Assembly (NCBI GenBank): GCA_045124015.1
Contig: JBGVLA010000134.1
Coordinates: 1 to 60,179, forward strand
Direction: 5' to 3'
Origin: Eubacteriales bacterium
Lineage (GTDB): Bacteria; Bacillota; Clostridia; Oscillospirales; CAG-272
Length of the DNA: 60,179 bases
The translations under genes were made by a program, and so were the position numbers. The notes beneath the pieces are model-generated. The model did no database searches. It was not told the DNA's origin and saw only the letters and a list, made by a program, of their open reading frames with translations. Positions 1 to 9,900 of the stretch are shown here, in pieces (the stretch's first letter is position 1; each line of letters starts with the position of its first letter).

Positions 1-228
1 ATGCAGGACATCGAAGCCGATGAAGAAAAAAAGATCATCTACGATGCCGTGGCGTCTCTTGTGCCGCGCGAAAGAGAGATCATTGAGATGCGATTCGGGC
101 TTCACGGGGGCAAAGAAATGACCCAAAAGGAGGTCGCGGACGCGCTCGGTATTTCACAATCCTACATATCACGCCTTGAAAAACGGATACTCGCGCATTT
201 GAAAGAAGAAATCCAAGATAAACTATAA
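1..228 (+). CDS. Sporulation-type RNA polymerase sigma factor, C-terminal fragment (region 4); SigE/SigK-like. The 5' end lies outside the window.
   Basis: The frame is open from base 1. The motif REREIIEMRFGL..KEMTQKEVADALGISQSYISRLEKRI is the region 4.2 HTH, and ISQSYISRLEKRI is the SigE/SigK-type signature. Confidence 0.7.
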   Translation: MQDIEADEEKKIIYDAVASLVPREREIIEMRFGLHGGKEMTQKEVADALGISQSYISRLEKRILAHLKEEIQDKL

Positions 229-256
229 AAAAATCGAAAAAAATTGCGAAAAACTA

Positions 257-284
257 TTGCAAAAATAAAAATTTATGGTATAAT
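257..284 (+). promoter_or_regulatory. SigA-type promoter of rpmE
   Basis: TTGCAA (257-262), 16-nt spacer, TATAAT (279-284), with TG at -15/-14 (extended -10). An A-tract containing AAATCGAAAA lies upstream. Confidence 0.55.
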
Positions 285-322
285 GGAAACACTGTGATTA
301 TATGAAAGGTGAGGTGTAAACA

Positions 323-526
323 ATGAAAGAAGGAATCCATCCTAACTACGTTGATGCAACTGTTAGATGCGCTTGTGGCGAAGTTATCGAAACCAAATCC
401 ACAAAGGGCGATTTCAGAGTTGAAATTTGTTCCAAATGTCATCCTTTCTTTACCGGCAAACAGAAATTCGTTGATGCCGGCGGACGTGTAGACAAATTCA
501 AAAAGCGTCTTGAATCCAAGAAATAA
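323..526 (+). CDS. rpmE: 50S ribosomal protein L31
   Basis: MKEGIHPNY...[13 protein letters not shown] is the canonical L31 sequence. An SD (GGTGAGGTG) lies upstream. Confidence 0.95.
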   Translation: MKEGIHPNYVDATVRCACGEVIETKSTKGDFRVEICSKCHPFFTGKQKFVDAGGRVDKFKKRLESKK

Positions 527-552
527 TGATTGCATGACCGAAAGAGTTAGTA

Positions 553-588
553 GCAGGAAATCCTATATGGTTTTCCTGCTCTTTTTCT
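553..588 (+). terminator. Intrinsic terminator after rpmE
   Basis: agcaggaaa / tttcctgct stem followed by ctttttct. Confidence 0.7.
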
Positions 589-615
589 ATCCTTTATTTG
601 ACCAAAGGAGAGTAT

Positions 616-1893
616 ATGAAAACAGAAAGTATTTTTGAATCCAAACAAGAAGAAAAAAGAGAAGTCATTCTCGTTGCCGTCATGGAAAAGGGTGCGGACA
701 GCGCAGACAGAGAAGCATCCTTTGACGAGCTGGAGCGCCTCGCCGAGACCGCGGGCGCGACCGTTTACGCACGCATGGTACAGGAAAAGGAATCTCCAGA
801 TCCACGTACCTATATCGGCAGCGGTAAGGTTCAGGAGCTTGCCGAGCTTTGCAAAAACGGCGGGATCTCGATGGTCATTTTTGACTGCGAGCTTTCTCCC
901 TCGCAGATCAAGAACCTCGAAAACGACCTCGGCGACGTGCAGGTCATCGACCGCAGTATGCTCATTCTCGATATTTTTGCGCTCCACGCGACAAGCGGCG
1001 AAGGTAAGCTTCAAGTCGAGCTTGCTCAGCTCAAATATACCGTTCCGCGTCTGACGGGACACGGTACGGAGCTTTCCCGTCTCGGCGGCGGTATCGGTAC
1101 GAGAGGTCCGGGTGAAAGCAAGCTCGAGACCGACAGACGACACGTCAAGCGCCGTATGGATGCGCTTGAGGATGCACTCGAGGAGCTTGCGAAGAACCGC
1201 GCGGTGCAGAGAAGCAGCCGCGACCGTTCGGGTATCTTCAAGGTGGCGATCGCAGGGTATACAAACGCAGGCAAATCCACGCTTCTCAATTATTTGACTG
1301 ACGCGGGAATCCTCGCGGAGGATAAGCTCTTTGCCACGCTCGACCCCACGACAAGAAAATTTGAGCTTCCCTCGGGGGAAGAAATTTTGCTCACCGATAC
1401 GGTAGGCTTCATCCGCAATCTTCCGCATCATCTCGTCCGTGCGTTCCGCTCGACGCTTGACGAGGTCTGCTATGCAGATGCGATCCTCGTCGTGGTCGAT
1501 GCTTCCGACCCCGAATCGATGGCGCAGCTCGACGTAACGAGAGGTCTGATCGACGAGCTTGGTGCATCGGATAAGCCCGTTTTGTTCGTTTATAACAAAT
1601 GCGACCGCGGATTTGCTTCGCACCCGACAACGCCAACACATCAGAACGTCTATATCTCCGCCAAAACGGGCGAAGGTACGGAGGAGCTTGTCAAGCGCCT
1701 CGAGGAGCTGGCGACGGCAGGCAAAAAGGAATATACCTTTGCATTTCCTGCGGATAAGCTCGGTCTGATCAATACGCTTTACCGCGATGCAAACGTGCTG
1801 GATACCGAATATACCGAAAACGGCGCGCTCGTGAAAGCCGTCTGCGACAGCAAAACGGCAGGACAGCTTGCGAAATTCATCAAAACCGAGTGA
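616..1893 (+). CDS. hflX: GTPase HflX
   Basis: Contains the G1 motif GYTNAGKSTLLN, DTVGFI, NKCD and an HflX N-terminal domain. I chose the ATG at 616 because AAAGGAGAG lies 6 nt upstream; the track ORF starts at a TTG at 598. Confidence 0.9.
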   Translation: MKTESIFESKQEEKREVILVAVMEKGADSADREASFDELERLAETAGATVYARMVQEKESPDPRTYIGSGKVQELAELCKNGGISMVIFDCELSPSQIKNLENDLGDVQVIDRSMLILDIFALHATSGEGKLQVELAQLKYTVPRLTGHGTELSRLGGGIGTRGPGESKLETDRRHVKRRMDALEDALEELAKNRAVQRSSRDRSGIFKVAIAGYTNAGKSTLLNYLTDAGILAEDKLFATLDPTTRKFELPSGEEILLTDTVGFIRNLPHHLVRAFRSTLDEVCYADAILVVVDASDPESMAQLDVTRGLIDELGASDKPVLFVYNKCDRGFASHPTTPTHQNVYISAKTGEGTEELVKRLEELATAGKKEYTFAFPADKLGLINTLYRDANVLDTEYTENGALVKAVCDSKTAGQLAKFIKTE

Positions 1894-1900
1894 GGTCGTT

Positions 1901-2518
1901 ATGGCAGAACAGAATTTGACAACACTCGGAAAAGAGGCGAGCGCGGAATTTACGGAGAAAAAATCCGTTTTTATCGGCTATGCCAAGCCTATCAAAACAG
2001 CGGAGGAAGCCGAAGAATTTATCGCGCAGATCAAGAAAAAACACGCCGACGCGCGTCATAACGTTTCCGCGTACATGGCAGGCAACGCCGTCAGATACAG
2101 CGACGACGGCGAGCCCAAGGGGACGGGCGGTGTTCCTGTTCTTGAAGTTCTGAAAAAGAGCGGCGTTGACGGCGCGGTGGTCGTTGTAACCCGTTATTTC
2201 GGCGGTATCTTGCTCGGTGCACCCGGACTTGTGCGCGCGTATTCCAAGGCGGCGGCGATGGCGGTTGAGGAAGCGGGCATCGTTACGTATCGGAATTACA
2301 CGGAATGTACCGTTACCTGCGATTACGGGCTTTACGATAAACTCCTCTACGATATCGGCAGAAGGACCATCATCACGGACGATACGGATTTCGGTGGAAA
2401 TATCACACTGCGTATTGCGGTGCTCACTGAGGAGTACGAAGCCTTTGAAAAATCGGTCTACAGTATGACAAACGGAAAACTCGTGCCGAAAAAAACAGGC
2501 GAACGTTTTGATATATGA
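1901..2518 (+). CDS. YigZ / IMPACT-family (UPF0029) protein
   Basis: KKSVFIGYA...HNVSAY...DDGEPKGTGG...VVVTRYFGG pattern. The ATG at 1901 follows the hflX stop. Confidence 0.8.
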   Translation: MAEQNLTTLGKEASAEFTEKKSVFIGYAKPIKTAEEAEEFIAQIKKKHADARHNVSAYMAGNAVRYSDDGEPKGTGGVPVLEVLKKSGVDGAVVVVTRYFGGILLGAPGLVRAYSKAAAMAVEEAGIVTYRNYTECTVTCDYGLYDKLLYDIGRRTIITDDTDFGGNITLRIAVLTEEYEAFEKSVYSMTNGKLVPKKTGERFDI

Positions 2519-2677
2519 GCGAAAAATGCAAAAATCGAAAAATTCTCAAAATTTTTTTGAAAAAGAAAGAGGATTTTTCGATTTTTTTGCGTATCTTATA
2601 ATATAACGCAAAAAAGCGGGCGTAGTATGCTTCTTTTTTGTGAATCAGCATTTTCCGAAATTTACTTTTAGGGAGAG

Positions 2678-3691
2678 ATGCCTATGACAGTTGCACAGAT
2701 GGTTTGTGAAAGGGAACACGCTTATTTATCTGAGTTTGCTTGCCTGAGCGAGAATACGAAGGGCAGAGAGCAGCTTTCCGTACCGTGTACGACACGTACG
2801 GAATTTCAGCGTGATCGTGATCGCATCATCCATTGCAAGGCATTTCGCCGTTTGATGCATAAAACACAGGTTTTTCTTTGTCCCGAGGACGATCATTACC
2901 GCACACGTCTGACACATACCCTTGAGGTGGCGCAGATCGCAAGAACGATCGCGCGAGGTCTTTTTCTCAATGAAGACTTGACCGAAGCTTCGGCGCTCGG
3001 ACATGATCTTGGTCATACACCGTTTGGACACGCGGGAGAGCTTGTGCTACAGGAATGCTTTTCTCCCGATTTTACTCATTACAGGCAAAGCTTGCGCGTG
3101 GTGGATAAGCTCGAAAATGATGGTATGGGATTGAACCTCACCTATGAGGTTCGGGATGGTATCCTCAATCACGCGGGAGACGATACCGCTTCCACCCTGG
3201 AGGGGCGTATCATTAAATTTGCGGATCGGATCGCTTATATCAATCACGATATCGACGATGCCATTCGAGGCAAGGTCCTTCGCTTTGAGGATATTCCTGC
3301 GGAGATCACGGAGCTTCTCGGCAGAACACATTCCGAGCGCATCGGTACGCTTGTCAATGATATTATCGCCAGCTCCACAGGTCAAAACGATATTCTCATG
3401 ACGCCCGAGATCGGGAAGGCAATGATGGATCTGCGTAGTTTTCTTTTTGAAAACGTATATCGCAATCCCGAGGCAAAGGGCGAAGAGATCCGAGCCAAAG
3501 ATATGCTTCGCCGTATGTATGAGTATCTTGTGAAGCATCCCGAAAAGATTCCCGCAGAGGAACGCCGTATCTACGGAGAGGTCGATTCTGTGGAACGCCG
3601 CGTCTGCGACTATATTGCAGGTATGACGGATCGATATGCCATCAATGTTTTTGAGAATCTTTTTATTCCGAAGGTATGGAAAGTGAATTGA
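2678..3691 (+). CDS. dgt: dGTP triphosphohydrolase-like HD-domain protein
   Basis: FQRDRDRIIHCKAFRRL, RLTHTLEV and GHDLGHTPFGH motifs. It sits in the usual position upstream of dnaG-rpoD. Confidence 0.85.
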   Translation: MPMTVAQMVCEREHAYLSEFACLSENTKGREQLSVPCTTRTEFQRDRDRIIHCKAFRRLMHKTQVFLCPEDDHYRTRLTHTLEVAQIARTIARGLFLNEDLTEASALGHDLGHTPFGHAGELVLQECFSPDFTHYRQSLRVVDKLENDGMGLNLTYEVRDGILNHAGDDTASTLEGRIIKFADRIAYINHDIDDAIRGKVLRFEDIPAEITELLGRTHSERIGTLVNDIIASSTGQNDILMTPEIGKAMMDLRSFLFENVYRNPEAKGEEIRAKDMLRRMYEYLVKHPEKIPAEERRIYGEVDSVERRVCDYIAGMTDRYAINVFENLFIPKVWKVN

Positions 3692-3734
3692 TCCATGTAA
3701 TTTCATATAATATATAAGGAAAGGGGGCGGTGCG

Positions 3735-5477
3735 ATGAAAATTCCTCACAGCTTTATTGAGGAAGTAAAATACAGAAATCGAATCGATGACGTCATCGGT
3801 TCTTACGTCAATTTGAAGCGTGCCGGCTCCAATTATCAGGGACTTTGTCCCTTTCACAGCGAGAAAACACCGTCATTTACCGTGTTTCCGAATACCGAAA
3901 CGTTTCATTGCTTCGGTTGCGGCGCGGGTGGCGATGTCATCTCCTTTGTCATGCGCGCGGAAAACCTCGAATATACGGGCGCCATTGAATTTCTTGCCAA
4001 AAGAGCAGGGCTCGCGATGCCTGATCTGGGCGAGCACGAGAACGAAAGTGATAAACGTGCAAGGTTCTATGAAATGAATCGTGCGGCGGCTCGCTTCTTC
4101 AATCAAATGCTTTATACGCCGGAGGCAGCTCCCGCAAGGGAGTATCTTACAAGGCGCGGTCTTTCCGCGGCGGCGGTCAAGCGTTTTGGACTTGGCTATG
4201 CTCCCGATAAATTCGATGCGCTTCGAAACCATATGCATTCGCTCGGTTATACCGACGAGGAGCTCAAAACGGCTTTCCTTTGCGGTAAGAGTGAGCGGAC
4301 GGGCAGATATTTCGATTATTTTCGCGGACGCGTCATGTTTCCCATCATTGATAATTTTTCAAACGTCGTGGCGTTCGGCGGACGAATCCTTGGGGATGCC
4401 AAGCCGAAATATCTCAATAGCTCCGATACGCCCGTCTTCAAGAAGAGCCGCAATCTTTTTGCGTTGAATCTCGCAAGAAAAGCATCGGCGGATTCTCTCA
4501 TCCTTTGCGAAGGATATATGGACGTTATCGCTGTGAATATGGCGGGATTTCCAAACGCCGTTGCGACGCTCGGTACTGCGCTGACAACGGAACAAGCGCG
4601 TATCATGGCGAAGTATACGAAAAAGATCATTCTTGCCTACGATAGCGACGATGCAGGCGTGAATGCCGCCAAGCGCGCCATCCCCATGCTCACGGATGTC
4701 GGGCTTGAGGTCAAGATGCTCCGTATGGAGGGCGCTAAGGACCCGGATGAATTCATCAAAAAATACGGGGCGGCGAGATTCAAAACGCTTCTCGATTCCA
4801 GCCAAGGCAAGATGGATTATCTTTGCGAACAGGTTTTGAAAAAATATAATATTTTGATTCCCGAGGAAAAGACCAAGGCGGCGGACGAGCTTTGCCGTGT
4901 GCTTTCTGAGGTCTATTCCGATGTGGAGCGAGAGATCTACATAACGAGAATGGCGGAAAAGCTTTCCGTTGACCCAAAAAGCATGAGAAATGACGTGGAG
5001 CGTCAGATGCGGCGAAACCGCAGAGACGAATCTGCGGAAATGAGACGAAGGATCGTTTCGGACACGCTTGGCTACGGCGACCGTGTGAACCGTGATTTCG
5101 TCAAAAACGCAAAAGCGGCGAGGGCAGAGGAAGCGATTCTTGGTATCTTGCTTTTGCGGCCCGAATTTGTTAAGGAGATCAGAAGCGGTGCGATCTCGCT
5201 TTCTGCGGATGATTTTCTGACGGATTTCAATAAAAAGGTCTTTGTGGCTATTCTTGAGGGAGACGATCCCTTCGATATCGGAATGCTCGCGGAAGATTTC
5301 ACGCTTGATGAGATCTCCCGTATCACAAAGATGCAGGTGAGCCGTGCGTCTCTTTCCAAAAACGACGCAGCTGTTCTTGCCGATCACATTCGGACGCTGA
5401 AGAGTGAGGCTCCGCAGGAAACGGATAACGATGAGCTTTCCGATATTCGGAATCTGCTCAACCGAAAAAAGAAATGA
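3735..5477 (+). CDS. dnaG: DNA primase
   Basis: Zinc finger CPFHSEKTPSF...CFGCGAGGD and the TOPRIM EGYMDV...DSDDAG motif. Confidence 0.95.
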   Translation: MKIPHSFIEEVKYRNRIDDVIGSYVNLKRAGSNYQGLCPFHSEKTPSFTVFPNTETFHCFGCGAGGDVISFVMRAENLEYTGAIEFLAKRAGLAMPDLGEHENESDKRARFYEMNRAAARFFNQMLYTPEAAPAREYLTRRGLSAAAVKRFGLGYAPDKFDALRNHMHSLGYTDEELKTAFLCGKSERTGRYFDYFRGRVMFPIIDNFSNVVAFGGRILGDAKPKYLNSSDTPVFKKSRNLFALNLARKASADSLILCEGYMDVIAVNMAGFPNAVATLGTALTTEQARIMAKYTKKIILAYDSDDAGVNAAKRAIPMLTDVGLEVKMLRMEGAKDPDEFIKKYGAARFKTLLDSSQGKMDYLCEQVLKKYNILIPEEKTKAADELCRVLSEVYSDVEREIYITRMAEKLSVDPKSMRNDVERQMRRNRRDESAEMRRRIVSDTLGYGDRVNRDFVKNAKAARAEEAILGILLLRPEFVKEIRSGAISLSADDFLTDFNKKVFVAILEGDDPFDIGMLAEDFTLDEISRITKMQVSRASLSKNDAAVLADHIRTLKSEAPQETDNDELSDIRNLLNRKKK

Positions 5478-5504
5478 TATATAAATTTTTGGAGGATAGA
5501 AAAT

Positions 5505-6689
5505 ATGGATTTGGAAAACAAGAAAGCGAAAACAGCGGAAGATCCCGTTTCTGAAAAGGATGCGCTTTCTCAAAAGGCGGATGACGGCGCAGGAAAGAAC
5601 GACATCCAAAATTTGATCGATAAGGCGAAGAAAAACGGCTCGCTTACCAATAGCGAGATCCTCGCTGCTCTCGGTGATTCCGACTACGATATCGATCAGA
5701 TCGATAAGCTTTATGAGGAACTCAGCGCACTTGGCATCGACGTCAACGCTTGCTTTGACGATGAGGCGCTTCTCGGAAGTGCAGAGGACGATATCGAGGC
5801 AGAGCTCGATGGCTTTGATAAGCCCGAAAACATGGAGAAGATCCTTGCTTCTGAAGGTCTCATGATCGATGACCCCGTCAAGCTTTATCTCAAAGAGATC
5901 GGCCGTGTGCCGCTTCTTGACGCGGACAGAGAAGCGGATCTTGCTCGCAGAATGTCCGAAGGCGACGAAAAAGCGAAAAAGGAACTTGTGGAAGCGAACC
6001 TTCGACTCGTTGTCAGCATCGCAAAGCGCTATGTTGGTAAGGGACTTTTCTTCCTTGACCTTATTCAGGAGGGCAACCTCGGTCTTATGAAGGCTGTTTC
6101 GAAATTCGACTACACCAAGGGCTATAAGTTCTCGACTTATGCAACATGGTGGATCCGCCAGGCGATCACCCGTGCGATCGCGGATCAGGCAAGAACCATC
6201 CGTATTCCCGTACACATGGTGGAGACCATTCATAAGGTAACCAAGGTTCAGCGCCAGATGCTTCAGGAAAAGGGACGCGAAGTTTCCGCGACTGAAGTTG
6301 CAAAGGAAATGAATATGAACCCCGATAAGGTCCGCGAGATCATGAAGATCGCGCAGGATCCGATCTCCCTCGAAACACCGGTCGGCGAGGAAGAAGACAG
6401 CCATATCGGCGACTTTATCGAAGACCAGGAATCTCCCGCGCCTGCGGAAGCAGCCTCCTATGAGCTTCTCCGCGAGCAGCTCAATGAGGTTCTTCATACC
6501 TTGACTCCTCGCGAGGAGCAGGTCCTTCGCTTGCGTTTCGGCCTTGAAGACGGACGCCAGCGTACCCTTGAGGAGGTTGGTCAGCAGTTTAATATCACAC
6601 GCGAAAGAATTCGTCAGATCGAAGCCAAGGCGCTTCGTAAGCTCCGTCATCCGAGCCGTTCGAAAAAGCTTCGTGATTATTTGAACTAA
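5505..6689 (+). CDS. rpoD: Primary RNA polymerase sigma factor (SigA/RpoD)
   Basis: [40 protein letters not shown]; region 4 reads [28 protein letters not shown]. Confidence 0.95.
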   Translation: MDLENKKAKTAEDPVSEKDALSQKADDGAGKNDIQNLIDKAKKNGSLTNSEILAALGDSDYDIDQIDKLYEELSALGIDVNACFDDEALLGSAEDDIEAELDGFDKPENMEKILASEGLMIDDPVKLYLKEIGRVPLLDADREADLARRMSEGDEKAKKELVEANLRLVVSIAKRYVGKGLFFLDLIQEGNLGLMKAVSKFDYTKGYKFSTYATWWIRQAITRAIADQARTIRIPVHMVETIHKVTKVQRQMLQEKGREVSATEVAKEMNMNPDKVREIMKIAQDPISLETPVGEEEDSHIGDFIEDQESPAPAEAASYELLREQLNEVLHTLTPREEQVLRLRFGLEDGRQRTLEEVGQQFNITRERIRQIEAKALRKLRHPSRSKKLRDYLN

Positions 6690-6893
6690 GCCAAAAAAAA
6701 TTGTAAATTTTCTACGATTGGTCAGTTTTGCACAAGAAGAGGAAAATTATTTGGAATAAGTGCACATTTTGGAGAGTGAAAATCCCCATTTTGGGCGCGA
6801 AATATTGTGCAAAATCACTCAAAAAATCCAACTTTTTTGAACTCTTGAGGGGATTTTTCATAAAATAAAATCAAACGGTTTACGAAAAATGCC

Positions 6894-6922
6894 TTGACAG
6901 AGTGGCATTTTTGATATACAAT
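6894..6922 (+). promoter_or_regulatory. SigA-type promoter of the giant lipoprotein gene
   Basis: TTGACA (6894-6899), 17-nt spacer, TACAAT (6917-6922). Confidence 0.6.
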
Positions 6923-6988
6923 ATATAGTGTTATTATTACTCAAATTCCGACTGACTGGAAGACAAATTTTTGGGAGGAAAACGCCAC

Positions 6989-9900
6989 ATGATGAAACGA
7001 ATTATTAGCCTTGTTTTGTGTCTCGGTATGATTGCCGGCGCGCTCTTGATGGCAGGTTGTGAGTCTGAATCGACACCTAAGACATCAGACGAAGCTCTGC
7101 CGATGACCCTCAATTTCGTGGGTATCACGGAAGACACAACAACCCCGGAAGCGATCGACGCAACGGAAGAAGCACTCAACAAGATCTTCAAAACCGAATT
7201 TAAGACCAAGATCGAATTGACTCTTGTTACAGCTGACGAATACATTGCTCTCGTTGAAGAACGAGTTGCTGAAGCTGAACAGGCAAAAACAAGACTCGCT
7301 GCGATCTCTAAGTACAACAGCATGGCACAGAAAATTGCCAACCAGTTGGAAAAAGCAAATTCCGATACCGATAATAAGGGCCTCTTCAGCAAATGGACTC
7401 AGAACGCAAAGGTCGTTGAAGCCTCCACGCTTTCTACCGGTACCGTTTATACTGCTGAACAGACTACCGTTTACGAAGACGGTAAGATCGAAACCGTATA
7501 TCCCAACGCGACATCTCCTATCGATATCCTTATGATCGATGGCAAGGAAATGTATGACTATCTCGACGAAAAGGGTTATCTCCTTTCCATCGCTGATAAG
7601 CTTACAACCGAATTCACCAAATTCAAGCAGTACATTTATCCTACATTCTTTGAACAGCTTGAAATCATCACAGATGATATTAAGGCGATTCCGAACAACA
7701 ATTTGCTCGCTGAATATACTTATCTCGTTGTTGATAAAGAACTTGCAGATAAATACGATCTTGACGTTGATGCGATCGATACCTACGACGATCTCGACGT
7801 TGGCGGCGCAGGCTTCCTTTCTCAGGTCAGCGCAAACGAAAACGTAACTGCTCTTGCGACCGAACCCGAAGCACTTGGTATTTACAAGTACTTTGAAGGC
7901 GACGTTGCAGTTGGTACCTACTATAACCCCATCTACGGTTATGACCCTGCAGAAGGTACAGACTTTACGATCCGTAACCTTTTCGATATTCCCGAATACA
8001 CCAACCATCTTCTTTTGATGGATACTTACCGTAAGAACGGCTACTTCACAGCAAAATCCGAAGATTTTGCGGTTAATGTTGTAAAGGGCGACGCATCTCT
8101 CCCCGCTGAATACGGCAATGATTATTATGTAAAGGTTCTTCAGAATCCTTTTGTTGATATGGATGCGATCTTCGACGGTATGCTTGCTGTTTCCGAATAC
8201 ACAGCAAATGAAACCAGAGCACTTCAGATCATCCAGGCGATCAACACCGATCCCGAAGTAAAGAATATTCTTCAGTACGGTATCGCATACGACGGCGAAA
8301 ACGACAATGTTGCAAACTACCGTGTTGACGAAGTAACTTCTGAAGACGGCAAAACCGGTTACACCATTACCAGACTCAACAACAATTACATGATGGACAA
8401 TTCCTTGACAGGTAACGTTTACATGGGTTATCCCGAAGAAGGTCAGATCTTCGATATTATGGATTACTACAAGCAGACAAACCTTGATTCCGGTCTTGCT
8501 CCTTTCATGCATTACTATGTCAGCGATGAAGACCTTGACGGCATGCTCAAGGAAATCCTCAGACGCGCTTGCCTTACCGAAGCATTTGATCCTATCGGTA
8601 TGAGCTACAACGAATATGAACGTTTGAACGGTACCACTCAGGGTAACAGCATGAGACGTGAATTCAAATTGGCTTACATTGAATTCTTCGTTGATTGTCT
8701 CGTTGCTGAAGGCACTGTTGCCTCTGATCCGTTGTACTTTGTAACAAAGGGTGCAGGCTCTGCTTTGGATAACGATTTTATCGAATTTGCACGCAGTAAA
8801 GAAGGTCAGGCGATCCTCAGCTCCATCGGTTATACTGCTATTGACAAGAATGCAGCTCCTTACGTTAAGAAGGACTCCATGAGCGGTAAGATTTCTCTTA
8901 TCCCCAACACAGGTACAACCTTGATCAGCTACGTTGAATCTCTTATGACTAAGCTCAGCGAAGCTTACATGGCAATGTATCCCGAAGTTACATTCGAATT
9001 CCTTGAAAGAGATCAGAACGACGGTTATAAGGGCGACCTTCTCAGAATCGACGGCACCAAATATACACTCGGTATTTCTGACCGTGATCTCACAACAGCA
9101 GAAGAAAACAGCTCTCTTAACCTTACCACCAATAAGGTTGCAACAAGCTACCTTAAGGTATTTAATAACGATAGCCACGAAACATACAGAGCTTCTTGGT
9201 ACGAAGAAAAGATGATCGAAAAGATCACAGCTGAAAAATACGCAACCATTATTTCCAAGGCTGAACTTGATAACGTTGCTAAGAACAAACTCGCTGCACT
9301 TTGTGGTATCGATCTCAGCAGATATCCTGTTGCAACACGTCCTGCTTCTGAAAGCATCGTTCTTTCTACAGCAAGAGCAAGCGCAGCAAACTACTACACC
9401 AACCTTGAATATCTCCGTATTATGGCTGATGAACTTCTCTTTACAGATGAAGAAAGCGCTAAATACGCAAATTTGAAGGGCTCTGATTACGAAAATGCAG
9501 TATTCGAATACGTTCGTGCAAACTATGAAACCAAGAACAACCTCACAGAAGAGGATTATGTGAAGCTCGTTCAGGACTTCATGGTATCCGTCCTCGAATA
9601 CACATCTCCGGAAGACAAGACTACCAAGTACACCGTATCTTGGGATGAATTCCAGGAAACCAAGGCAAATGCTCAGGTTTACATTGAAGCTGCTACCAAG
9701 ATCAAGGAAGCTTACAACAGCAAGCTTACAACAAAGGTCAGCGCAGGTCTCTTGAAGCTTTATTCTTTGCCTGAAATCATCGACGTTGTATACGATGTAA
9801 TGTATGACGAATATCTCGCTGAAAACGGTCTCGATAAAGCAGATTTCGAAAATACCATTAAAGATGTATATCTCACCGAAGTTGGTTCTTCTGCTGAAGA

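Noticed and set aside
4359-6650. 763-aa minus-strand ORF spanning dnaG, the intergenic gap and rpoD. There are similar long antisense ORFs at 547..1641, 17305..18537, 18652..20979, 22162..24027, 25602..27800, 38031..39233, 40000..41313 and 50386..52242.
   Set aside because: All are codon-complement shadows of confidently identified genes. Their products are low-complexity, Cys/Phe/Ile/Val-rich and match no family.
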